Below, piece by piece: positions 1-10,959 of a stretch of DNA of 64,000 nucleotides. A model generated the notes under the pieces. It searched no databases and was not told where the DNA came from. It worked only from the letters and a program-made list of their open reading frames with translations. The stretch's first letter is position 1. Each line of letters begins with the position of its first letter. Location of the stretch: the NCBI GenBank assembly GCA_013239625.1, contig MU053933.1, positions 746,001-810,000 of the forward strand, read 5' to 3'. This DNA is from Lama guanicoe. Taxonomy: Eukaryota. A program made the position numbers and the translations under genes.

Positions 1-120
1 CATCTCTACACTGAGGTGTGTACACGCCTGCACATGCACACACATATGCATACACACACACGTACGCATACACACAAACCATGTCACACACAAATGCACA
101 CACAGACACACACACATACA
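1..120. repeat. Degenerate (CA)n low-complexity tract, continuing at 606-692 after the LTR
   Basis: CA/CACAT repeats on both sides of the LTR. Confidence 0.85.
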
Positions 121-127
121 TATGTAC

Positions 128-605
128 TGTAAATGAAAAATATTTCAGCCATCAAGTCCTCAGCCTCTACCACCACCCTCAACAGTGAGCGGAGGGAACT
201 CAGGATGCAGACAAGCAGGCAGCCTGGCCTCTGCTGCCACCCCCAGCGGTGCCCCCTGAGGGGGCTCAGGATGTGGACGAAGAGGATGCTGCCCTAGACA
301 GCAAAGGTGCGGATCAGAGGAGTGACTTCAATGAGCCCAGCCCTTTGCACCTTCCCACACACAGAAAAGCGCTAAATTCCTTAACTTGAGATGTCTGGTT
401 TTCTTTAATTAACAGTCATCTTTCGATTTTCTGACTACCTGGTCTTTGTTGCGAAAACTCATATGCATCCTGGCTTCTACCTTGCCTCTTTGGAGCCATC
501 TCTTAGGGGATCTGAGAGGCCGTGTCCCAGGCTAAAGTCCTTGGAAAGCCGCTGAATAAAACATAATGCTCAGCTCTTAGGTTGGGACTTTTATTTCAGT
601 CGGCA
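128..605 (+). mobile_element. Solo LTR, ERV1-like (possibly MER41-like; family tentative), copy 1 of 3 in the window
   Basis: TG...CA termini and AATAAA at 555-560. The core block CTTGAGATGTCTGGTTTTCTTTAATTAAC recurs as reverse complement at ~38545-38575 and, more diverged, at ~51695-51725. Confidence 0.8.
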
Positions 606-1819
606 ATATATACAGACACACAATGTCACACACAGATACACAGACACAGACCGTGTCACACAGACACAGACAGACACACACACACACACACACCCTTCCC
701 TTCTGCTGCGCCTCCTGGTCCCCCCACCCCTGCCCCACCCTGCCTTGGTGGCCGAGACCCCTTTTCCAGCAGAAGCGTGTAACAGGGTCTCTCTCTGCCT
801 TTGACTCGGTAAAGTGAGAACGTGCGACACCCAGGTGGTGGCGTCCACTGCAGCTCTGTTTATAACATGGCTCTGAGCATCCTGATCAATGTCTGAGACC
901 GAGAAACACCACGTGGCCAGCTGTTCCCCCACGTGCAGTGGTGCCCACTGCTTTCCAGGCCCGTGAGGGCTGCAAAGACGGAGCCCACGGGGTTTTGTGA
1001 GTTTAGTGAGCCCCCAGTTCAGAGTGGGGAGGAAGTGTCCATTAAAAGCGGCAATAAGGTTTATCCCTCAGAGACTAAGGAGTGCGTGGGAAATTCAGAG
1101 GGAGCCCGTGGCTGGGGAGAGCAGGGACCGGCCAGCCTCCCGTGGGGGTCACCGTGTCCGGGTCCTACGGGGGTCCCACGTGGCCTCGCAGAGTCTTCCG
1201 TGTGGAGGAAGGGCTTCAAGTTGAGGTGGCGGCTTGGGCAGCGCTGAGCCCAGGAGCCAGGAGGCGCTCGGTCTGGCTGGAAGGCAGGTGGTGAGTGACA
1301 GGCGGGGGGTGACGAGGAGCTTGGGACCCAAGACCACCTTGGAGGACATGCTGTCAGGGACAAGGACGGCTCAGTCACTGGCTGAGAGCATGGTCTGCTG
1401 CTGGCTACGACCCTCCTCTGTGGGGTAGGTTCTGAGCAGGGTACCCTGGGGCTGCCTCAAGGTCGACTGGAATCCTCCAGAAGCCAGTAATGCGGTGCTG
1501 AGCACAGCTGTGGGCCCCGGGAGAGGAGGGGGCTCCAGAAGCGATGCAGGGTTGCGTCACCGCAAGGTGGAGTGAGTGAGGGACGGAGTTAGACGGACAG
1601 GGGACTTCCCACCTGGGCACTTAAAGGGTATTCCATCCCCAAAAGAACTGTACCTGAATTGTCTAAGAAACTGGGAACCAGCTGTAGAGCAAATCCATAG
1701 CCCCGAACGCCAGGACCAGTTACATTATGTTATAGTGTCACAAGCACAAAAGAGCCTCCCGTGTCGGGTGACTTTTATTCATTAAGGTAACAGGTGACCG
1801 TCCTGTCTCTGTCCCTCAG

Positions 1820-2018
1820 TGCGAAGACCAGAAGGTGGAGTGTCTGTACGAGGCACTGAAGCGAGCCGGGGACCGGGTCCTGGGGACCTTCCCCGCGGCT
1901 GTGCCCCTGGTTCTCCACTCCTCCATCAGCTACCTGGGCTTCTTCGTGAGCGACGGCCCCGCAGACATCATCCGGGAATTTGCCGTGATGTTCGCCTCGG
2001 AAGCCTCGTCCTTGGCAG
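1820..2018 (+). CDS. UBASH3A: UBASH3A coding exon (human exon 4 equivalent), 2H-phosphoesterase region
   Basis: CAG| acceptor, |GTAGG donor, 199 nt. Translates CEDQKVECLYEALKRAGDRVLGTFPAAVPLVLHSSISYLGFFVSDGPADIIREFAVMFASEASSLA, matching UBASH3A. Confidence 0.97.
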
Positions 2019-2184
2019 GTAGGCAGGGCCCGGTGCCGAGGAAGGACCCCTTTGTGCCTGGGGCTGAGCTCCCGCACTTGGATGCGATAGGCGGACCACG
2101 AGTGCAGGCTGTTCTCCGACGTCAGCCAGCTGGAGGCCTGGCTTGCCTGGTCTCCGGGGCAGGGGGCGCACGTGCCCTCAACAG

Positions 2185-2296
2185 GCCACTTCCGCCCCCA
2201 CCTGCTCTTTCCCATCAGCAACTGGGACACAGCCTTAACCTAAAGCTGAACAATTAGTCAGAGCCTCCCTACTGGGCTAGGATGTCCTTCAAAACC
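2185..2296 (+). other. UBASH3A: Frame-disrupted counterpart of the human UBASH3A long-isoform cassette exon (vestigial or poison exon)
   Basis: CAACAG| acceptor, |GTGAGC donor, 112 nt. Fragments GHSLNLKLNN, RAS and LQN resemble the recalled human insert GHGPNLRLSNLTRAS...LQK. In-frame TAA at 2241-2243 if spliced in. Confidence 0.65.
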
Positions 2297-3288
2297 GTGA
2301 GCGAACAGAGACTCAGAACCAGCAGAGGGCTGTCCTCTAAGCGGGAGCAGCCTCGTCTGCAGGGATGTGGTTTTTCCAAAACACTCAGTCATAGTCCAGC
2401 CACCTGGGAGACTGTCCCAGGAGGGGACGTTATGTGGCTCCAAAGGGACGGGGGAGTGTAGGCTGGTGTGCACACAGGGGGTTGGGGAACCCCCGGCCCT
2501 ATGTGTCTCCCCCTCCCCAAGGTCTCTCTCCTCACGGGGCCAGCGCTGTGTGTAAACACAAGTCCTAGACGGTTCATTTTCATGTTTTAGGTATGAGTGT
2601 AGCCTTGCCTCCTTGGCCTCTTGGGGGAAAGATTATTTAGACTCACTTTGAGAATTAGCCAAATCCCTTTTCTCCAACACCAGCCGGGGTCTGGAGGCTG
2701 AGGTGCCAGCTGGGGTTTAGAGGCAACTCTGCCCCTGACCTCAGGCGCGAATTCTCCCTCATCTCCACTTAGGGATGTGCCCCTAATCACCTGCTCTAAC
2801 CCCCGAGCCATTTTCTGCAGCCTGTTTGGGGAACTTCCTGGCACCCAGAGGTGCTTGGTCCTGCTGTGATTTGCTGAGTCTGAAACTCAAGGAGACCGCG
2901 GTACCCGGGGAGGGGCCGTCCCTGCCCCCCGCAGACTTGTGCGCACGAGGATCCCAGCCATGTGACCACGTTCCTTGGCCCCAGGTTTCCATCTGGATGC
3001 TGGCTTGTTGGGTCTGGGGTCATATTTGCTAGATCATTATAAACATACCCGCGTCTTTGAGGGCTGGTCGCCTTTGTGTAAACGTGCGTCCAGAGGACAA
3101 CTCTTTAATCTCCTCGTCTCTAAATGGACAACGTGGCTCTTGTCCTGGTGAAAAGTGTCAGCTACTGGCCTCCGAACAGGCACAGCAGCCCGCTGACTCT
3201 TCGTGCCCCCCCAGAATGGCTCTCAGTGGTCCCATTTTAGAAAGGAGTGACCAGGGCTGTGAAGGATAAAGTGTTTGCCCAAGGTCAC

Positions 3289-3705
3289 TGTCATGGGTTG
3301 AAAAGTGTCCCCTAAAATTCATGCCCTCCCAGAAGCTCAGAGAAGGACCTTGTTTGGAAATAGGGTCTTTGTAGGTGTAATTAATTGAGGTCACACTGGA
3401 GTAGGGCAGGCCCTAAACCCAACATCTGGGGTCCTTGTAAGGTGAGGGGAAGCTGCAGGGAGACACAGAGAGGCCATGCGACACTGGACGCAGGCACTGG
3501 AGGGGCGCGGCCACAAGCCAAGGAGGGCCAGGGGCCGCCGGGAGCTGGAGGAGCGAGGGAAGACCTTCCCCAGAGCCTGCAGAGGGGGCTGGCCGGCCGC
3601 CACCTTGGCTTTGGACTTCGGGCCTCCGAATTCTGAAAAGAAATGTCTGTTGTCCTAAGCCACCCAGTGTGTGGCAGTCTGTGACAACAGTTCAAGAAAC
3701 CAACA
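3289..3705 (+). mobile_element. MLT1 (MaLR) solo LTR, MLT1B/C-like
   Basis: Starts TGTCATGGGTTGAA, contains TTTGGAAATAGGGTCTTTG, ends AAGCCACCCAGTGTGTGG...AAACCAACA. Confidence 0.85.
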
Positions 3706-5213
3706 GAGTCCCCTAACCAGTGGGGGCCGGATCTGGCACTGGAGTCCAGCCCTGTCTTGCTCCACACCGCCTGGCTTTCGTGCTGGCCGGCCCTGCTTCC
3801 TGGGGGGGCCGGCTCTGACCTCCTGCCCCTCACCTGACCCTGGGCAGGCTCCGCCCTGCCCTTCCACAGCCTGTGCCCTGGGCCGACTCCGACCCTGTGG
3901 GTCCTCTCCAGCAAGTGTGTCCCTTGCCACCTCGGCGTCCCCAGGGCCACGCTCACTCAGATGCCGGTTCCTCCGTGATCTCTCCGATAAGGACCGGCGG
4001 GCCTTTCCCAAGCCATGCTGACTCACAGGGAACGGCCATCCTCCCCTGCTCGGCTGAAACACCCGAGAAAAGGAATTTCCCCGCCGCCCACACACTCTCT
4101 TGCTTCAGGCTTCTCACCCCCGCAGCTCAGGGCATGGAGACCTCACTGGTTTCCCCTTTGGTCACAAAGTCTCAGCTAGAGGGTGGAAGACAAGGGTGGG
4201 GCCAAGTCTGGGCTCCCGGAAGCGCTTGCGTCTCCTTTGACTTTTTTAGGGGTTGGGGTGGGGAGGAGGGCAGAGCCTGCATGTGGCTAAGGGTGGCCCG
4301 TGGGAAAGGGGGCAGATAACTAATGCTACCTGAGTCTCCTGGGGACCTGACAGTTAGGAGACCGGTTTCCCACGACAGCCCTGCGGGCTGCCGTCCTCAC
4401 CTCAAGTCATTGCCGTGGAAACTGAAGCTGAGTCAGACCAGGATGCTCCCAAGGTCATCTGCCAGACGGGGCCAGGTCTGTCTGACTGCAAAGTCTGTGC
4501 CCTTCCTCTGATCACCGCCACCCTGGAACATAGCGGCCTGGCAGCCTGGCTGATGTTAGATCCTGCTGCTTCGGGGTGCCGCCGCCCACTGACCTGAGAG
4601 CCCCGGGAGGAGGGCCACGAGGGCTGGGGCCACAAGGATAGAGGTCACTCAAAAAGGCCAGGGCCCGGCCGCTCCGAGGGCACCCGCCTCACCAGAGCGG
4701 CCGCTGTTAGAGGGGCTGCCGTGCTTGCCGGAGGCGCATTGCCCAGGGCCTTTCTTCCAAAGACTGCAACTGAACAGAAAGCCGACGACCTGGAGCCTGC
4801 CCGAGCTCACCCGCCCCGGCCACTGAGCAACATGTGCATCCCAGGGGATGCAGATTTTAATCATTTGGGCAACTAGCTTGCAAACTGGTAGGCCACAAAC
4901 CATCCCCCCGCCCCAAAAAGAACCCTGTATCTCCACACCCGCCGCTTTCCCACTTCCTCGTACAATCTGCAGGCGTCCAGTCATCTCCTTACTAATGAGG
5001 TGACCTCTGTGCCACGACGCCATCGGGGCCGAGTGTCTGCCTTGTGGAGGAAGCCCCGCCCAGTGCAGGGGGGTGGGGAAGAGGCTCCACGCATAATGGC
5101 GCTTTCACCGCCAACCTGGGCGCGTAGCTGCCCTGGGACGCGGAGCCCCTGGGCGTGCGGTGCTGGCGGTTTGGGTACAGGTGCCCAGCACCCCCGTTTG
5201 CCTGATTTCACAG

Positions 5214-5384
5214 ACTGCACCGTGAAGCCTTGCACCAAGCAGCTGCATCTGACCCTGGCCCACAAGTTCTACCCCCACCACCAGAGGACGCTAGAGCAGC
5301 TGGCCAGAGCCATCCCCCCGGGGCCACAGCTGCCAGTGGACCGCCGCGCTCTACTCCCGGGACATGCGCTTCGTACACTACCAG
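5214..5384 (+). CDS. UBASH3A: UBASH3A coding exon (human exon 6 equivalent) carrying an apparent +1 frameshift at 5320-5323
   Basis: CAG| and |GTAAG sites. DCTVKPCTKQLHLTLAHKFYPHHQRTLEQLARAIPPG is in one frame and HSCQWTAALYSRDMRFVHYQ is in the +1 frame. 171 nt where flanking exon phases require 170. Confidence 0.95.
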
Positions 5385-6186
5385 GTAAGCAAACCCGGGC
5401 CTGGGGGCCCAGCCAGGGAGGCCCCAGTCAGGCTGTCGGGCTGGGTCCCCCCACAGGAACAGGTGCATGGCTCCCCTTCTGGCAGAGCACTGGCCCCAGG
5501 GCCCTTGGCTGGAGGAACTTTAGAAGAAGGAATAACTTCTACTCTTTCTCCAAAATCACTTTGTTGTCTGCATTTTGAAATCAACTTTCTTTTGTAAGTG
5601 AGTTGCAAACACATAGAAATTTGGGGGAAAAAATGGAAAAATTTCTGGCATTAAAAATGCACCATTATAATTAAAGAGGAAACAAAAAAATGCACCATTG
5701 CAAAGGCTCATAATGGAATACACTGGGTTGCTTATTAACTATTTAATGACTTGAGTGAAGTCGCATGCCAGGACTTCCTCCCCATGGAACTGGTTGGTTT
5801 AAATAGGAAGCTGGTCCTCCTTTCAGACCCATGGAATAAGTATGACCGAATCCACCACGTTCCTTGGTGTGGGAGATGCTGCAAATCACCTCACTCCAAG
5901 GAGGGTGGATGTGAGCATCTCGTTACACTTTGAGAATTTTCATATGAGAAACACATAAATAGAGATAACAGTAAGATGGACAGGGACAGATACCAAAATT
6001 CACTTCTACATGCATCCACAGAAGCCTATGCATCCTTTTGTTCTATCCTACTGTCATCAACAAAGGCTTGGATGCGTCTTGGAGACGCGGAAGCCATCAG
6101 GGGAGCCTGAGAGCAAAGACCCTCCCAGTGCTCTTTCCCAGCACACGTCCTTGCTCGAGACATGAGGACACTTGCCTCCTTTCTAG

Positions 6187-6395
6187 ACCCTGAGGGTCCT
6201 GTACCAGTACAACCCCCAGAACGTGGATGAGCTGATGCTGAGTCCCGGCGACCACATCTTCGTGGACCCCACTCAGCAGGAGGAAGCCAGCGAGGGCTGG
6301 GTGATTGGGACCTCGCAGCAGACCGGCTGCCGGGGCTTCCTGCCCGAGAACTACACGGAGCGGGTCAGCGAGTGTGACACGTGGGTGAAGCACAG
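6187..6395 (+). CDS. UBASH3A: UBASH3A coding exon, SH3 domain
   Basis: TAG| and |GTGAG sites, 209 nt. TLRVLYQYNPQNVDELMLSPGDHIFVDPTQQEEASEGWVIGTSQQTGCRGFLPENYTERVSECDTWVKH. Confidence 0.97.
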
Positions 6396-6747
6396 GTGAG
6401 TGTCGCTCCGCCGCTCTCTGAGTCAGTGTCTGGGAGCTGTCTGCAAACAGTGGCCACAGTGCCTGTGTGCTTCTAGACCTTTCCGCTCTTGGTAAAAGTT
6501 GCCTTCTCCATGTTGGCAGCATTATCCCTGCAGGTATATGGTAAACATCTTGGTTGATTCGTGGTTTTCTGCTGACAACAATCAGAAAACATGAGTTACT
6601 CTACAAGAATCTTCTGAGGTCATAACCCCAAAAGGACTACAAAATGCCGCCTCCTTGTTGGGAGCGTAATAACTTAGAACCAGCAGCCCGGAGCTCAGTT
6701 CTTCTTGTCCTTCAGCTCAGTGTATAAGTTGTAACATCCTAAGGGGC

Positions 6748-7491
6748 AGCAGTACTTTTCTGTTGCTCTGTGAGAAATGGCCATGAACGTAACAGCTAGA
6801 ACAACACACATTTATCATCTCCTGGTTTCCCCAGTGGGGTTGGCATAGTTGAGTCTTCCACTCGGGGTCTCCCAAGGCCGCAGTCACGCTTTGGCTGGGG
6901 CTGGGGTCCGATGTGCGGCTGGGGGTCCTCTCCCCAGCTCGCGTGGTTGTAGGCGGAATTCCTTTCCTTGAAGCTGTAAGAGCCCTGGTGGCTTGCTTCT
7001 TCGCGTTCAGCTGGAATTTCTCAATTTTAGCACCGCTAGCATCACTTGGGGAGCTGAAGCTTTTCAAAACCATCAGGTGCTGGTCCATTTTTGCTGGATG
7101 GTTCTCCTCTCAATTTCTCTCTCTCTTCACACGTTTTACTATAAGCAGCAAGAAGGAGCCAAACCTTCAGTGCTTGGCTTGGAAATGTCCTTACCTACAC
7201 AGGAACTTCATCACTTACAAGTTCTGCTTTCAATGGACAATGTCACTAAACTCTTTGCCACCACATAAGAGGGATCCCCTTCCTGGGGTGTCCTACCAGT
7301 GTCTCACTCCACTCCGCGTCCTCACCAGTGACACCTGGGACATCCACATTCTATTCACAGTCTGTCCAAGTCATTCAGACTTTTTTGACCGTGCTTCTCA
7401 AAATTCTCCCAGCCTCCCCCCTGCTCAGTCTCAAAGCGGCTCCCAAATTTCAGGTATTTGTCACAGCAGCTCCCCACTCTTGAAACCAAAT
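6748..7491 (-). mobile_element. MLT1 LTR fragment plus MaLR internal fragment
   Basis: AACAACACACATTTATCATCTC and GGCGGAATTCCTTTCCTTG are MLT1-antisense motifs; CCACTCTTGAAACCAAATTT resembles the MLT-int terminus. Confidence 0.6.
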
Positions 7492-8420
7492 TTTGTATCA
7501 GCAAAGACTAACCAGAGGAGTTGAACCAGTAATTTCTATATTGTATATTTATCTAATACATGTTTAAAATATGCTATTCTATTCTTAATATATGCTAATA
7601 TATTGATAATATAAATGATTTATATTTGTTATATTATTATAATATACACATATGTCACATACCACCGAGATACATACAGTGTATATATGGACTTATCATA
7701 AGAAATTGCCTTGTGTGGTTGTTGGGGCTAAGCAAGCACAGGCAAGAAGAAAGGGAAGGCAACTACAGCAGGCTGGACACCCATGGGTGAGTGGAACTTG
7801 TCACCTGTGTGTGACAACTGGGGAGGACCACCCGGGCAGATGGAGAACAGTTAACTGCAGACACAGCTGCTATTTGGAACCTCTGAGCTCAGGGAAGACC
7901 TAAGCCTGTTCTGTTTTTTTAAACTCCTTTATTGTGGTGTGGCTCCCGTACAGTAAACTCCACATATTTCAGATGCACAGTTTGATGGTTTTGATAGATG
8001 TCCACACCCATGAAACCACCACCGCAATCCCGACAGTGAACGTTTCCATCGCTCCCCAAGAGCTGCAATTTTCGAATTCCCTATTTATCCCTTCCCACCC
8101 CCTTCACCCCCTGGTAACCATAAGTTTGTTCTCTGTGTCTGTGAGTCTGTTTCTGTTTTCTAGGTAAGTTCATTTGTGTCCTTTTTTTAAGATTCCACAT
8201 GTAAGTGATATCGTATGGCATTTTTCCTTCTCTTTCTGGCTGACTTCAAGACCTCAGCCTTTTTCAAAGACCTTCCAACTAAAGAAGTGAGGCCCACCCA
8301 GGATAGTCTCCCCTTTGATTAACTTAAGGTCACCTGATTAGGGATCTTAATTACATCTGAAAAACCTCTTTGCATCAGCACCTGGATTTGCATTTCATTG
8401 TATAGCTGAGAAAAAGTGCG
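7492..8420 (-). mobile_element. MLT2-like ERVL LTR with an AT-rich expansion, interrupted by L1 sequence
   Basis: TGTATCAG...CCAGAG...GAACCAGTA start, TTATCATAAGAAATTG, and later GAGGCCCACCCAGGATAGTCTCCC...TTAATTACATCTG. Confidence 0.55.
7908..8247 (-). mobile_element. L1 3'-end fragment(s), antisense
   Basis: T-rich start, then GGTAACCATAAGTTTG...AGATTCCACATGTAAGTGATATC. Flanked by AAGACCT(A/C)AGCCT at 7895-7907 and 8248-8260. Confidence 0.8.
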
Positions 8421-10411
8421 TGTATGCTTTTGACCATGATCTAGTCTGCCTGTAGAAGAGATAATTAAATAAAAAAATAAGCTAGTGAAATATATTATGA
8501 TATGGCCATACAGTAGAATACTTGAAGTTTTAAAAAATGATGAGGAGGAAGTATTTTATGTGCTGTTAGTTTTTTAAAAATCCAAGATAAGTTGCAGAAC
8601 AATGTGTGTAGGACAGCACTGCTTGTGGGGAAGGATGAAGTAAAACATGAGCATCTGTACACAGATGCACAATGTGTACTGATATGCGTGTTTATGCCTA
8701 AAAGTTCCCTGGAAGGGAGGACCTCTAGAAACTTCTAACCATGGCTCCCCACAGGGCTGAGGGTCGGGGACTGGACAACAGGACAGGGAGGAAGAAATTT
8801 TCACTCTATACCACTGCATAATTTAAAATTTTTTTGAACCATAGAAATGCATTACTTATTCAAAATATAAATTGATCAATTTTAAGTTAAAAAAAAGAAT
8901 ATAAGAAAGTTGGGTCGAAGGGATGATAAATGGAGAAAAGTCAGACAAACTCAGGGCCACACTTTGCACACACTGTGCTCGCTGTGGGGCCCCAGCTCCG
9001 AGCTCTCCCCAGCCCCAGGTGGAGGGGGACTCGCTCCCACAAAGTGATCACAGCTGACCGAGGTGCGGATGTGGACCAGCTGTTCCATAAAAGCACAGTT
9101 TTGTGGGTGTAGGCATGACCATGGGTCCAGAGGCCACGGCAAAGTCACAGGGACTACAGAGATAATCAGATCAGTCATCCTCCCTGAGAGCTGAGAATGC
9201 CTGGGCCCAGGGAGGTGGGAGGCTGGCGGCATCGCTAGATGAAGGAAGCCCTTGCTCCGTTTTAGACCCAGCCCAGCCCGTCACCTGGTCCGACGAGCTG
9301 TTAAGGAGGAGCAGGAGCGGAGGTGCTGGTCCCACCCTAAGTGGCCACCTACTTCCACGGAGCATGGGCTCCCCTGTGGCCCCTGTCCCTCAGGACGAGA
9401 CAGCCTCACTGTCACCAGACAACTGGCAAACTGGATGTCTCTAGAACCATGCAGCAAAGACTCTGGAGAAAATGAGCCTGTGGCTGTTACATTTCTCACC
9501 TCACAGTGAATCTGTCAGTCACCCGTCGCCAAAATAACCATTCCAGCCTTCCAGCTGGACATATCTGGGGCTGCTCTTCCTAGAAACAAGCTTCCCCTCA
9601 GGACTTAATAAGTATTAACAAGAATTACAGCAAAAGGAGAGAAAACTAGGCACTGGGCTAGGCTGTGGGGCGTCCGACTGGCCGTGTCTGAGCAGCACTC
9701 CATCCTCACTGGGGCAGCAGTGAGACAGCGTGTCATGTGACTGTGGGCAGAAAGGCCGGGAACCACCCTGCTGTCGGACTCAGCTGTCCCAGCTAAGTGT
9801 TCTAAAGCTGCCAAAGTTGTACTTTATTAAACACTTAAAGCCTTTAAGATCAGAAATGGCCCTAGAATGTCTGGGCACATCACTGGTCTTTTGAGCACTG
9901 GGCAGTGTGGTCAGACGGCACTGTCCCAAGGCTACCTGCATGGTGGACGGACAGACCGCGGTTCAGACGCTGGACCAGGATCCCCGACAGTGTCAGCACA
10001 GGGTCCGCACTTGGCACAGGGAAGCCAGCAGGGAGAACGGCTGGCCTTCCACCCGGCACCCACCCCAACGTGGCCATGCGGCCTTGGGGCAAGAGCTCGG
10101 GAGTCTGGATTCACAGGACAACAAAATGAGCCGGCACTCTTTGCTCCTTACCTTGAAGAAAAGGCTCAGAGGTGACCCGAGGGACAGTGGTGGAGGAGTG
10201 CATTCAGGAATCACAGCAGTTCTCGACTCTCCACAGAGAAGGACGGACGTGGCACCCCCTCGCACAGAGAGCGGAGGAGCCGCGCACGTTCGCGCTCCGA
10301 GAACCTTCCGTCTCCTTCTGGCCAGGAGGAGGTTACCAACAGTACATACCCGGTGACTTTCCAAAACCACAGCGCGAGCTGGTGGCAGGTAGCTCAGACA
10401 TAGTGAAGCAC

Positions 10412-10768
10412 TGTCGTGGGCTGCATTGCATCCCCAGAATTCAAATGTTGAAATCCTCGCCCTCGGCGCCTCAGAATTTGACTGTATTTGGAGGTGGGTT
10501 TTTAAAGAGGAGATGGACGTAGAGTGAGATCATCAGGCTGGGCCCTGATCCATCGGACTGGTGACCTGGTAAGAAGAGGAAACTGGGCCTCAGGTGCACA
10601 CAGAAGGGGACCGTGTGGGGACCCAGGGAGGAGACGGCATCCACAAGCAAGGCGAGAGGCCTCGGAGGAGCCAGCGCCGCCCCACCCCGGCCTTGGCTCC
10701 CAGAGGAGGAGGTCGGCTGGTGAGCCGCCGCCTGGCGCCTCGCTGCGGCCGCCCTAACGGCCCGCGCA
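10412..10768 (+). mobile_element. MLT1A/B-like solo LTR with a GC-shifted 3' end
   Basis: TGTCGTGGGCTGCATTG...CCTCAGAATTTGACTGTATTTGGAGGTGGGTTTTTAAAGAGG. Confidence 0.8.
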
Positions 10769-10959
10769 CTGTAGGTGAACCGTGCAGTGAGCCTCTGAAG
10801 TTTAGGGGAAAGCAGAAATACTAAAATGCTAAGTTCTATCCTTTCCCTCTCGTCGCCAACCTAGATCATGTTTCATTTGAAAGCCTCGCCCTCCAAAAAA
10901 AGATTCCGTTTTCTCTCTGACTGTAAACTGCACAGATGTTATTTATAGATAAAGACCCG

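Noticed and set aside
5173..5213. Upstream acceptor GGTACAG| (exon start 5181) or the 112-nt cassette as compensation for the frameshift
   Set aside because: The acceptor adds 33 nt, so the frame is unchanged and it lies before the lesion. The cassette adds another +1 and contains a stop.
5000..5578. 192-aa ORF as an alternative extended UBASH3A product
   Set aside because: Only the middle matches UBASH3A. The rest is intron and frameshifted exon read-through.
6913..7524. 203-aa ORF
   Set aside because: Lies within decayed MaLR sequence with no recognisable protein motif.
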